64,000 nucleotides of DNA, from assembly GCA_902622845.1 (NCBI GenBank), contig CACNRI010000003.1:133859-197858 (forward strand). The letters are read 5' to 3'. Below are positions 38,830 to 48,806 of this stretch, in pieces (the first letter of the stretch is position 1; each line of letters begins with the position of its first letter). The stretch comes from an uncultured SAR86 cluster bacterium (GTDB lineage: Bacteria; Pseudomonadota; Gammaproteobacteria; Magnimaribacterales; D2472). Under the pieces are notes generated by a model that worked only from the letters and a program-made list of their open reading frames with translations, made no database searches and had not been told where the DNA came from. The position numbers were made by a program, and so were the translations under genes.

Positions 38830-41445
38830 CTAAAAGGAGATTTTAAATCCTAGCGAGGCTGATGTTCCAAGATCATATTGATCATATATTGCAATATTTC
38901 TCATTGATGCATAGTACTCCTCATCTAGTAAATTTCTTAGCTCAAGAGATAGTTTTAACTCAAATTCAGGGTATGAATAAATTTTTGAGAATGCAAAATC
39001 AACTAATAGTGGAGGTTCTTCAATAATATCCGGTAAAACATCAATACCTCTAGCTCTTACCCTATCACTAACATAGTTAACAATTAGGGTTGCTTGAGTT
39101 TGGTTTTGTAAATTATCTAAACCGATTTGAAAGTTTGCAATTGTATCTGATTGACCCTGCAATCTGGTATCTCTGCCATTCGCAAGAAGACTTTGAGCAT
39201 CTACAACAGTACCAATACTGTTTATATAGGTATCTCCAGGATTTACAATTACTTCAGATTCAGTTTCCGTATAATTAAACTTAACAAGTAAGTCGTTAGG
39301 TGAATCCATAATTGCTTCGAATACTTGCTCATATTCGATTTCAAATCCATTGATTTCAGCCAGAGGAACGTTTTGGTAAGAGGTAATAATTAAATCACCT
39401 GACTCATTTACAGTTTCTTCGATAGGATTAAGAATTTCCTTTGAGAAAATACCAGCTGTAAAAAACTGATTAAAGCCAAAATAGTATTCAAGTCTTAAAT
39501 CAATATTGTCAATCTCACTATTTTCTAAATATAGTGAGCCAGCTATTACTCTGTCAGTATCAACATCTATAAACAGCGTTGGAGATAGTTCCCTGAAGGT
39601 TGGCCTAGCAATTGTCTGAGAAGCGCCCAATCTAATTTGAAGGTTTTCATCAAATTCAGGGAGATATGTTAATGTCATTGAAGGTAGCTGATAATCTTCT
39701 TCTATTGATTTATCAATTAAGGAATCAACACCTGAAAATAAATCATATGTATTAACTTGCTGCAGACCTTCTTCTTGTCTAACTCCAGCAGTAAATTCAA
39801 AATTATCTCCAATTGATGATTCAACACTAATGTATGCTGAATCAATTTCCAATAATCCTAAGTACCCAGCTGGCGATGAACTTGCAGTATTCTCGATTAC
39901 CAGCAACCTGTTAGGATCAAAGTTTTGGTCAGCAAAGATATAATCTATTCTATTATCTAAGCCATCTTGAGGTAATGGACCACCAGCAGCCAGAAATCTA
40001 AAGCTTCTAACTTCGGCTGATCTATCATTTTCAACGCTTTCAACTCCAGTTCTTAAAAATGTTGACTCACCAAGGGGTATCTCTAGATCTAAAACAACAT
40101 TTGTATTTTGATCTTGGACCATACTAAATTGGGTTTGGTTCCTACCTGTATTAACATCATATAAGTAGACTCCGTCTTCATCTCCATCTTCATAGAAAGC
40201 AACTCTTTCATATGGAGAATCTCTTTCAGCCCTTCCATCACCCAAACTTACATCTAAAGTCCAGTTATTTTCAAAAGTCTTATTATAATTAAACTGATGA
40301 TTTATTAGCTCTCTTTCATAAAATTCTAGATAATCTTCACGGACATCAGCTGAATCACTTGAATCATATCCTTGGAGGATACGTGCTTCTTTTGTTCCTT
40401 TATGAATGTATAGCCCAGTATATTTTATTTCAGATGAATCAGTTTCAACACCAACAACACCCATTGCATATGCTGTAACATCATTTGATGTACTTTTAAA
40501 AGTTTTGTCATTTTGAACAACAACATCTACAGTACCATCACCTTGGTTTTGTAAATCACCAGTTTGCCTGATTCCTTCTTGTGTATCCCATGAACTTTTT
40601 AAACCTGCAGTAAACATGAAGCCCATTGTTGCACTTGGGTCATCAATAATTTTATCAATTCCTAAACCATCAAGACTATCTCCATAAGTCAAACTATAAG
40701 ATTGATCTAGAGGAACATCTCCTGATTGTAAAACCCATAGTTTTGAATTTTCAAAATCTCGACCAAAATTAGCTAATTGCGTTGAATTAAAGTTGGACCT
40801 ATCAAGTTTAAGATTGTTATTAATAGCTCTCTTAATAGTATCTGGTATAGCTCTAGTCCCATCATCATAACCAAAACTATCATCGCTACCACCGTCATAC
40901 ATTAGTCCATCATCTTTTAACGACGTAGCAGAGTTATAACCTGCTGAAGCTGAAAATTCAAGGATCCTATCTAATGGAACAGCTTTTGTATTTATCTCAA
41001 TTATACCTCCTCCAAACTCACCAGGCATGTCAGCTGAATAGGTTTTTTGCACTACAGATGACTCAATGATACTTGTAGGAAAAAGATCAAGAGGTACGAC
41101 TCTCCTGAGTGGTTCTGGACTAGGTAGATTAAGACCATTAAGTGAAGCAGATGAATATCTGTCACCTAAACCTCTTACATATACATATTTACCTCGCACT
41201 AGACTAAGACCCGTAAGTCTTGTAAGGGCGATAGCAATATTGTCATCACCAGTTCTTTCGATTTCTGATGAATCTAATATTGCTGAAATCTCGGATGTAT
41301 CTCTTTTCTCATCTGGTATAAAAGATCCACTTACTACCACTTCTTCAATTTCTTGAGCATTGATAAACAATGGAGAAACTATTATGAATGGTAAAGCAAA
41401 CTTTAAAAAAACCCAGATTTTGTTTGTTGTTTTTGTTGATTTCAT
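38830..41445 (-). CDS. TonB-dependent receptor
   Basis: EEVVVSG TonB box, VYVRGLGDRYS...LPSPEPLRRVVPLDLFP plug, C-terminal Phe; start ATG 41445 after GGAG. Confidence 0.93.
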   Translation of the reverse strand: MKSTKTTNKIWVFLKFALPFIIVSPLFINAQEIEEVVVSGSFIPDEKRDTSEISAILDSSEIERTGDDNIAIALTRLTGLSLVRGKYVYVRGLGDRYSSASLNGLNLPSPEPLRRVVPLDLFPTSIIESSVVQKTYSADMPGEFGGGIIEINTKAVPLDRILEFSASAGYNSATSLKDDGLMYDGGSDDSFGYDDGTRAIPDTIKRAINNNLKLDRSNFNSTQLANFGRDFENSKLWVLQSGDVPLDQSYSLTYGDSLDGLGIDKIIDDPSATMGFMFTAGLKSSWDTQEGIRQTGDLQNQGDGTVDVVVQNDKTFKSTSNDVTAYAMGVVGVETDSSEIKYTGLYIHKGTKEARILQGYDSSDSADVREDYLEFYERELINHQFNYNKTFENNWTLDVSLGDGRAERDSPYERVAFYEDGDEDGVYLYDVNTGRNQTQFSMVQDQNTNVVLDLEIPLGESTFLRTGVESVENDRSAEVRSFRFLAAGGPLPQDGLDNRIDYIFADQNFDPNRLLVIENTASSSPAGYLGLLEIDSAYISVESSIGDNFEFTAGVRQEEGLQQVNTYDLFSGVDSLIDKSIEEDYQLPSMTLTYLPEFDENLQIRLGASQTIARPTFRELSPTLFIDVDTDRVIAGSLYLENSEIDNIDLRLEYYFGFNQFFTAGIFSKEILNPIEETVNESGDLIITSYQNVPLAEINGFEIEYEQVFEAIMDSPNDLLVKFNYTETESEVIVNPGDTYINSIGTVVDAQSLLANGRDTRLQGQSDTIANFQIGLDNLQNQTQATLIVNYVSDRVRARGIDVLPDIIEEPPLLVDFAFSKIYSYPEFELKLSLELRNLLDEEYYASMRNIAIYDQYDLGTSASLGFKISF

Positions 41446-41475
41446 TTTTACTCCCAAATAGGTTTTATAAAGTTA

Positions 41476-44406
41476 TTAGTTAAGTTTTATTGATCCAGGT
41501 ACTGTCCATCCTTTGTACCAATTATCAGTCGCTCCACTAACTGCACCTATGTATGTAGTTTCTTCAAAAAATCCATCGGCATTGTATATTGCAGGAACAG
41601 CTGTAACCGCAGCACCACTTTCTGCAGAACCGTTCACAACTCCACTAAGTGTATTTACATAAGTACCACCACCAGATGTAGCTGCATATAAGTTGGTATC
41701 AGGAGATTCCTTAACAATTGCCTCAATTGCTGATACTGCAACACCGTCGTTAGTTTTAATAAATCCTGGGCAATCAAATGCTACAGAGTTCATAGAGAAA
41801 TTAGGTGTTATGGCGCCATCAAGAGGTGTTTCTGTTTTAGTAGTCTCTATACAATTTGTTGATTTGCCTGTAACTTCGTTAAGAACAGCAGCAACTCCAT
41901 TATAATATTGACCTGATACACCCTCTTTTAACTTAAATATATCGTCATGACCTCTACTTACAAAAGTAAAGTTAGCAACAATTGGATTTGATCTAGGCTC
42001 ACTTAAATAACCAACAGCACTATCACTGTTAACATTATCTGATTCGACAATATGATCACCTTTATCATTAGCCTGTTGAACTATAACGTATTGAAGTCTT
42101 CCTTGATAACCCCAGTCAATATCTAAGTTATCATCATCTGCTCCTGTACAGATCAGATGTTTTACATCAACTGTTCCACCAAAGAACTCGACGCAATCAT
42201 CTGCGTTGTTATGAACTTGAATGTATTCAACCGAAGTACCACTCCCAACACCACCAAAAGTGATTCCATTGAGCTCATTACCTGGGAATACCTCATAACC
42301 TGCATACTGAACTCTTAGATATTTGAGTGCTCCACTACTATCAGTTGGTATTTCACCTCCCATTACATCTCCGGCTGATCCTTCAACCTCTCTCTCACAT
42401 GGAGTGGTTCTAACTCCTGTAGAAGCGTATGAACACTTATTAATTGGTGATTGACCAAGAATGACTAAGCCTCCCCAAAGTCCTCGTGTTAAGTTTACGT
42501 CTGCTTGACCAAGAATATCTTGTCTTCCAGTCATCACGATTGGAGCAGATCTTGTTCCTACAGCATTAATATCCGATCCTCTCATAATTACTAAATAATC
42601 ATTACCTGATTCACCAAAAACTGTTACACCAGGATTAATAGTTAATGTAGCTGAGTCGCCGTCTGAAGCAGTACCATCTGCTCCAACATCAACACCAATT
42701 TGAACTTTACCATCAAGCTTATAATAGTTTCCTGCTACTAGAGTTAAATCATCTGTTATAACTCCACTTAAGTCACAAACCTTTCTACCTAAAAGAATTT
42801 CAGATTCAAGAGTTCCAGCGGGACACTCAGGATCGGTAAATAGACCAACAGTCCAACCTGCAGCCCAGTTATTTTCTGCATCTGATCCAGGTGAAAAAGC
42901 ACCAACATAATCAGTTGCTGAAAACCAATTATTAACAACGTAATTCCCATCATCGTATCCAGGACATAGTTCTGTTAAAGCTCCGGCTGCATGAGTTCCA
43001 ACCGCACACATATCGTCAATTTCTGATATCGAAAATGCGCTTGGAACAGCAGATTCAGTATCACCCAAGAAGTATGTATCCACCATTGTATTCGACCCAA
43101 AGTTTAAATTAGTCGATCTTGATGCAAGTGATGCTGCAAATTCTGCATCTGTTGCTGCATCAAACTTTACAGGAAAGTCTGTTTCATTGCCCGAATCAAA
43201 AAATATTGAATGATGAGCAATTTTGTCTGTTAATGCACCATCTTGAATAGTTTCTAAAAATGTACCTTCAACGAGATTCTGTGATGCTTGGTTTACAACA
43301 ATACCATTGATATAAATTCCAGATACACCCTCTTTATACTTAAGTGGTTCGTCAGCTCCTCCTCCAATAAAGGTAAAGTTGGCAACCATGGGTTGTGATC
43401 TGGGCTCTGTTAAGTAACCTACTGCTGCATCAGAATTTGTATTGTCTGATTCTACAATATGATCTCCTGCGCCAACATTTTGTTTAACAACAACAAATTG
43501 CATTTTTCCTTGATAACCCCAATCGATATCAAGATTATCATCACCTGCATTAGTGCAAACTAAATGTTTTACGTTTACAGTTCCACCAAAAAACTCTACG
43601 CAATCATCTTGGTTGTTATGAACTTGAACATAGTCCACCTTTGTTCCATAACCAACACCGCCAAAGGTAATACCATTTAATTCATTGCCTGGGAATATTT
43701 CTTTACCTGCGTATTCAACTCTAACGAAGTTTAAAACTCCAGAGTTATCATCTGGAGAAGCTCCACCCATAATAGCAGTAGTAGAACCTTCAACCACTCT
43801 CTCGCAAGCAGCAGTTCCTCTAACATCATTACTACACTTATTAATTGGCGCTTTACCTAAAATAACTATTCCACCCCAAAGACCACTCGCACTGTCTGGG
43901 TTAGTTAAAGATCCATCAATCGCAGAAGCTGCAGTAAATCTAATAGGTTTGGATCTGGTTCCGTTGGCAACAATTTTTGACCCTCTTTGAACAACAATAT
44001 AATCATCAGGTGTTTTTTGAGCAAGCGTTACGCCAGCTGGAATTGTTAATGTTGCAGCGACTCCTCCAGATTTTGTTCCATCTCCACCCATATCGACACC
44101 AACATCAACTAAGCCGGATAGACGATACATTACATCAGTTGTAAGTGTTAAATCTGAAGTTATTGGACCAACAATTGCGCATAATGTATTACCACCAAGA
44201 GTTGAATCATTAGAAATGAATGGAGAAGAAGGACAAGTTCCCGTCAGTAAATTACTATTACCGCCCCCACCACCGCCATCATCACTTGGGGGTGATAATG
44301 GACCCAGCTCACCAGGAGATGCAATATTAGTATCACCACCTCCACACGAAGCTATAATGAAAATTGAAAAAATTAAAAATAAGTTTTTAGTTGATTTTAG
44401 GCACAT
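41476..44406 (-). CDS. 976-aa outer-membrane lipoprotein made of two tandem ~460-aa predicted beta-helix modules (ElpS-like)
   Basis: Lipobox IASC (Cys21), AGAGG SD, Gly/Pro linker, two homologous modules each with YAG..FPGNELNGITFGGVG...DDCVEFFGGTV...DDNLDIDWGYQG. Confidence 0.85.
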   Translation of the reverse strand: MCLKSTKNLFLIFSIFIIASCGGGDTNIASPGELGPLSPPSDDGGGGGGNSNLLTGTCPSSPFISNDSTLGGNTLCAIVGPITSDLTLTTDVMYRLSGLVDVGVDMGGDGTKSGGVAATLTIPAGVTLAQKTPDDYIVVQRGSKIVANGTRSKPIRFTAASAIDGSLTNPDSASGLWGGIVILGKAPINKCSNDVRGTAACERVVEGSTTAIMGGASPDDNSGVLNFVRVEYAGKEIFPGNELNGITFGGVGYGTKVDYVQVHNNQDDCVEFFGGTVNVKHLVCTNAGDDNLDIDWGYQGKMQFVVVKQNVGAGDHIVESDNTNSDAAVGYLTEPRSQPMVANFTFIGGGADEPLKYKEGVSGIYINGIVVNQASQNLVEGTFLETIQDGALTDKIAHHSIFFDSGNETDFPVKFDAATDAEFAASLASRSTNLNFGSNTMVDTYFLGDTESAVPSAFSISEIDDMCAVGTHAAGALTELCPGYDDGNYVVNNWFSATDYVGAFSPGSDAENNWAAGWTVGLFTDPECPAGTLESEILLGRKVCDLSGVITDDLTLVAGNYYKLDGKVQIGVDVGADGTASDGDSATLTINPGVTVFGESGNDYLVIMRGSDINAVGTRSAPIVMTGRQDILGQADVNLTRGLWGGLVILGQSPINKCSYASTGVRTTPCEREVEGSAGDVMGGEIPTDSSGALKYLRVQYAGYEVFPGNELNGITFGGVGSGTSVEYIQVHNNADDCVEFFGGTVDVKHLICTGADDDNLDIDWGYQGRLQYVIVQQANDKGDHIVESDNVNSDSAVGYLSEPRSNPIVANFTFVSRGHDDIFKLKEGVSGQYYNGVAAVLNEVTGKSTNCIETTKTETPLDGAITPNFSMNSVAFDCPGFIKTNDGVAVSAIEAIVKESPDTNLYAATSGGGTYVNTLSGVVNGSAESGAAVTAVPAIYNADGFFEETTYIGAVSGATDNWYKGWTVPGSIKLN

Positions 44407-44555
44407 AAGAATTCCTCTTAAAAAAATTAATTAATATATTTAATGATTTCTTAGTGAACTTTAGATTAGTTTTATGAAAAATTTAATTTACGTTTTGGAA
44501 ACAAAATCAATACGATTTTATGACAAAAATATATTTTTTGTGACGAGAATGTTAA

Positions 44556-46319
44556 CTATTTGCTATGTAAAGGAAGAGTAAACCAAAAAATACTGCCATT
44601 TTTTTTGTTGCGATTTCTAGCACCATACTTGCCTCCCAAACTAATAGCTAAATTCTTTACAATAGCAAGACCAAGACCACTTCCAGATTTTTGACTTGCT
44701 CTGGCTTCAGGAGTTCTATAAAAACGATTAAATATAAAGTCTCTATCAGCATCGCTTATACCGGTACCTGAATCCTTAACTGAAATTTTAATAGAATCTT
44801 CAATAACTTTAGTGGTTATCTTTACTTCACCCCCGTTATTAGCCTTTGAATACTTAATTGCATTATCAAGAAGATTTGTAAGAATTCTCTCTATTGCTGC
44901 TTTATCCCCTAAAACATGAGGGCAATTACATTTATCAAATCTAATCTCAATGCCTTTATTTTTAGCAGATGTATAATGAGATCTATTGACGGTGTTAATT
45001 ATTTCACAAACATCTAATTCTTTAAGATCTAAATGCAATTCACCGTAGTCTATCCTTGATAAATCTATCAAATCACTTACCAAACCAGAAATCCTCTCTG
45101 CATTATGCATAATTGCTTTTGAAAAAACTTTGGCATCTTTTTTATTGTCTATTGCTCCCTCTAGTAATGTTTCAGCATTAGCAAATATGACACTTACAGG
45201 AGTTCTTAGCTCATGCGAAAGATTAGATATAAAATCTCTACGCATTGATGCATTCTCTCTTAATTGGGTAACATCATGAACAACGAGGATATACTCGTTA
45301 GTAGTTTTTGCTCTATTCATAGAACCAAGTATCCATTTAACATCACCATTTTTAAGTTCTATTTGAAACTCATAATCGAATCTTCCTTCCTTATCAACAT
45401 TTTCAAACATATTCTTAAGTGCTTTTATATTTAAATCTCTTATATTTTTCTTTACTGAGGAGCTAATTTCTAAGATTCTTAGAATGCTATCGTTTTCATA
45501 AGTGATTTTTCCGTCATTATCAGTAACAAAGACTCCTTCACCTAAATTATCTAACACTGATCCAAATTGATCTCTTTGTTTAGCGATCATGCTAATTTGG
45601 GTTCTTAAATTCTTAGATATCTCAGAGATATCTCTTGCAACCGACCCAATTTCATCAGATCTTTGTGTCGGTAGAGCCTTCAAGTTCTTTTTTTTCTGAT
45701 CTTTTAATAGTCCTCTAGTTGCATTCTCAAGCTCTCTTAAGTTATTCCATGTAAAATTGGCAGCAATGGCGCTTGAAAAGAAAGCTGCAATAAGTCCAAC
45801 AATTGCAATCAGAGTTACAGAAAGTGATAGACCATCGAATGCTCCTTGAACATAGGTATAAGGAACTGCAATTCGAATAAAACCAACACCCTCTTGACCT
45901 TTCAAAGCCAAATATAGCAATTCCTTATTAACTGTATCACTGTATCTAATCGACCACCCAACATTATTGAGCTTTGCATCAATAATTTCAGGCCTATTGG
46001 AATGATTTTCTACAACACTGATTTGACTAGTTGAAAGATTTGAATCTCCTAAAACTTCACCACTGTCTTTGATAATTGTAACTCGAGAGTCAATAGATTC
46101 TCCAATTCTGTCTGCAACGATATCAGCTTTTTCTATTGAATCTAATTTTGAGACTGGGCCGATCGAAATACTTGCTAATTCTGCTTGTTTTCTTAATTCA
46201 AGAACAATCTGATTTTCAAGAGTTTTTGATAAATCTCTTTCGGCTACTATATAAGAAAGGAAAATTCCTACAAAAAATATTCCAAAAACGATTAAAAAGA
46301 TTTGGGATCGAATACCCAT
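44556..46319 (-). CDS. PhoR-like sensor histidine kinase (periplasmic sensor, HAMP, PAS, HisKA, HATPase)
   Basis: SHELRTP H box, NLLDNAIKY, DSGTGI, GSGLGL; two TMs flanking ENHSNRPEI...RYSDT sensor domain. Confidence 0.85.
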   Translation of the reverse strand: MGIRSQIFLIVFGIFFVGIFLSYIVAERDLSKTLENQIVLELRKQAELASISIGPVSKLDSIEKADIVADRIGESIDSRVTIIKDSGEVLGDSNLSTSQISVVENHSNRPEIIDAKLNNVGWSIRYSDTVNKELLYLALKGQEGVGFIRIAVPYTYVQGAFDGLSLSVTLIAIVGLIAAFFSSAIAANFTWNNLRELENATRGLLKDQKKKNLKALPTQRSDEIGSVARDISEISKNLRTQISMIAKQRDQFGSVLDNLGEGVFVTDNDGKITYENDSILRILEISSSVKKNIRDLNIKALKNMFENVDKEGRFDYEFQIELKNGDVKWILGSMNRAKTTNEYILVVHDVTQLRENASMRRDFISNLSHELRTPVSVIFANAETLLEGAIDNKKDAKVFSKAIMHNAERISGLVSDLIDLSRIDYGELHLDLKELDVCEIINTVNRSHYTSAKNKGIEIRFDKCNCPHVLGDKAAIERILTNLLDNAIKYSKANNGGEVKITTKVIEDSIKISVKDSGTGISDADRDFIFNRFYRTPEARASQKSGSGLGLAIVKNLAISLGGKYGARNRNKKNGSIFWFTLPLHSK

Positions 46320-46322
46320 TAT

Positions 46323-47021
46323 TTAATCGGGGTTTCTTGAAAACCTGTAGCCAACACCCCGTATGGTTTGAACATGTTTACCCATAACGCCCATTTTTTC
46401 ACGAAGTCTTTTAACATGAGTGTCAACAGTTCTGGTGGTGATGTGAGCTGAATAACCCCATACATCTGAAAGGAGCTGATCCCTTGTCTGTACTCTTCCT
46501 CTTCTATCTAGAAGATGTTTAAGTAATTTAAATTCTAATGCGGTTAGAATTATTTCATCATCATTAATAAAAACCTCATGAGAATCCTCATTTATCGAAA
46601 GAATTCCAAATGTTTCGATTTTAGATGATGTGTTTTGAGTCATATCTTTTGAATTTCTTTTTAAGATAGCTTTTATACGAAGCATTAGCTCCCTCACACT
46701 GAAAGGCTTGGTTACATAATCATCAGCACCTAATTCAAATCCAACAACCTTATCTACTTCATCATCTTTTGCAGTGACTATAATTATTGGAATATCGCTA
46801 TAAGCATTTGAAGATTTGAGTTTCTTACAAAAATCTAGTCCAGATCCATCTGGGAGCATAAGATCAAGGATGATCAAAGAAATATTATTAGAAGAAATAT
46901 ATGATTCGGCCTCAGTTAAATTTAGTGCACTTAGGGGTTTTAAACCTTCATTAGCAATATTATATGAAACAGTTTTATTTATATCAGGTTCATCTTCTAC
47001 TACAAGTATGTGGTGGGACAT
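46323..47021 (-). CDS. OmpR/PhoB family response regulator (probable phosphate regulon regulator)
   Basis: VVEDE, LDLMLP, ADDYVTKPF, winged helix TRTVDTHVKRLREK...RGVGY. Confidence 0.9.
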   Translation of the reverse strand: MSHHILVVEDEPDINKTVSYNIANEGLKPLSALNLTEAESYISSNNISLIILDLMLPDGSGLDFCKKLKSSNAYSDIPIIIVTAKDDEVDKVVGFELGADDYVTKPFSVRELMLRIKAILKRNSKDMTQNTSSKIETFGILSINEDSHEVFINDDEIILTALEFKLLKHLLDRRGRVQTRDQLLSDVWGYSAHITTRTVDTHVKRLREKMGVMGKHVQTIRGVGYRFSRNPD

Positions 47022-47052
47022 AGGCTATATTTTCACATTATAAAAAAATAAT

Positions 47053-48729
47053 TTAAAGCTCTTTTTCATAGTTCACAAACATTTCACGTAACTTAGTTTT
47101 AGAAAATTTACCTGAACCAACTCGCGGCAATGGATTATCTTCAAAAACCACAAATGCAGGGATCTTAAACTTTGCCAATCTATCAGCTAAGAAAGAATTT
47201 AATTCATCTTCATCTAATCTTTTAGAGTCTTTTAGGTGAATCGCGGCACAGAGTTTTTCGCCTAGTCGCTCTTCAGGAATCCCAAAAACACAAACCTCCG
47301 ATACAGATTCATGCTCATATATTGCTGCCTCTACCTCAATACAAGAAATATTTTCTCCACCTCTGATAACAAGATCCTTGACCCTGTCAACTATGTGCAA
47401 GAATGGACCATTAAAATATCCTAAATCACCAGACTTAAACCATCCTTCATCATTTAAAACTTCGTTTGTTGCTTCCTCATTTTTCCAATAGCCTGCCATA
47501 TTTGCTGGGCTCTTAATAACAATTTCTCCAACTTCTCCTTCAGGTAATGAATTCCAATTAGAATCAATAATATCTATATCGGTTAATGGGGGAACAACTC
47601 TGCCACAGCTTGAGGGATTTTGAAGATATTCATCACCGCCACCTATAGTTCCGATTGCATTAGTTTCAGTTAATCCATACCCAATAGAGGGCCTAGCTTT
47701 AAAAGCTTCATCAAGTTGTTTCACATGTTCTGGAGGTCTTGCAGCACCTCCTCCTGACAAGTCTTCCAGATTACTTAGATCATATTTATCTCTATCGGGA
47801 TGATTTAGAAGCTCCCAAGTTTGTGTCGGTACACCTGTGATATTTGTTATTTTTTCTTTTTCAAGAAGCTCAAGTGCTTCTTTTGCATCCCATTTTTTCA
47901 TCATAACAATCTTTCTACCAACTGGAATCGACATAAAGAAACCAACATGACTTCCAGTCACATGGAATAAGGGAACACAATGAAGGATTGATAGTTGCTT
48001 GCCACTATTAACATCTAATCCATCACCATATAACTCAACTCTTATCTGAGAAATGCATAGCCATGAAAAGAAACCTGAAATCATGCTTTTATGAGTCAGT
48101 AAGACACCTTTAGGGTTGCCGGTAGATCCTGATGTATAAAATATAGTTGCATTGTCTTCACCAGCAATATCAACTTCTGGCCAAGAATCACTTTGATCCT
48201 TAATAAAATCATAGAAGTCTTGATGGTTATTAGTTTCTGATCTTACTGAAACTTTTATTAGGTCAAGATCATCCAAACCGGCCAGTCTTTTATCATCAGC
48301 AATTAGGAGCTTTGCCTCACTATTTTGTAGACCATATGTTACTTCTTTAGGAACCCACCAAGAGTTTAAAGGCACCGCTACAGCTCCAATTCCAATAATC
48401 CCCATCATAGCAATTATGTATTCGGGAGAATTGACCATGCAAATTGCTACTCTGTCTCCTTTTTGTATACCAGCAGCAATCAATGCGTTTGCGAGTTTTG
48501 CTGATTTATCGAATATTTCTTTGTATTCGTATCGCTCATCTTCATAGACAAGCCAGTCTTTATCAGGATGTAGTAATCCAAAATCAAAAAACTTTCTTAA
48601 ATTTTCTGGTATTGCTGGATTGCAAAACTCTCTGTAAGTTATGCCCTTATCATTAGTAACTTCTTTAAACTCAAAAATTTGACCAGGCTCTGTGTATTTC
48701 TTTACTGCTTCTGAGTATGCATCTGTCAT
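47053..48729 (-). CDS. long-chain acyl-CoA synthetase (class I adenylate-forming enzyme)
   Basis: YTSGSTGNPKG, GYGLTET, SGDLG, RGGENI. Confidence 0.92.
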   Translation of the reverse strand: MTDAYSEAVKKYTEPGQIFEFKEVTNDKGITYREFCNPAIPENLRKFFDFGLLHPDKDWLVYEDERYEYKEIFDKSAKLANALIAAGIQKGDRVAICMVNSPEYIIAMMGIIGIGAVAVPLNSWWVPKEVTYGLQNSEAKLLIADDKRLAGLDDLDLIKVSVRSETNNHQDFYDFIKDQSDSWPEVDIAGEDNATIFYTSGSTGNPKGVLLTHKSMISGFFSWLCISQIRVELYGDGLDVNSGKQLSILHCVPLFHVTGSHVGFFMSIPVGRKIVMMKKWDAKEALELLEKEKITNITGVPTQTWELLNHPDRDKYDLSNLEDLSGGGAARPPEHVKQLDEAFKARPSIGYGLTETNAIGTIGGGDEYLQNPSSCGRVVPPLTDIDIIDSNWNSLPEGEVGEIVIKSPANMAGYWKNEEATNEVLNDEGWFKSGDLGYFNGPFLHIVDRVKDLVIRGGENISCIEVEAAIYEHESVSEVCVFGIPEERLGEKLCAAIHLKDSKRLDEDELNSFLADRLAKFKIPAFVVFEDNPLPRVGSGKFSKTKLREMFVNYEKEL

Positions 48730-48806
48730 AAAATATCCCCTTTAGATGATCTTAAATTCTACTATGCTTTTGTGGAAAATAATATTATGTTTTAATAGTA
48801 AAAGTT

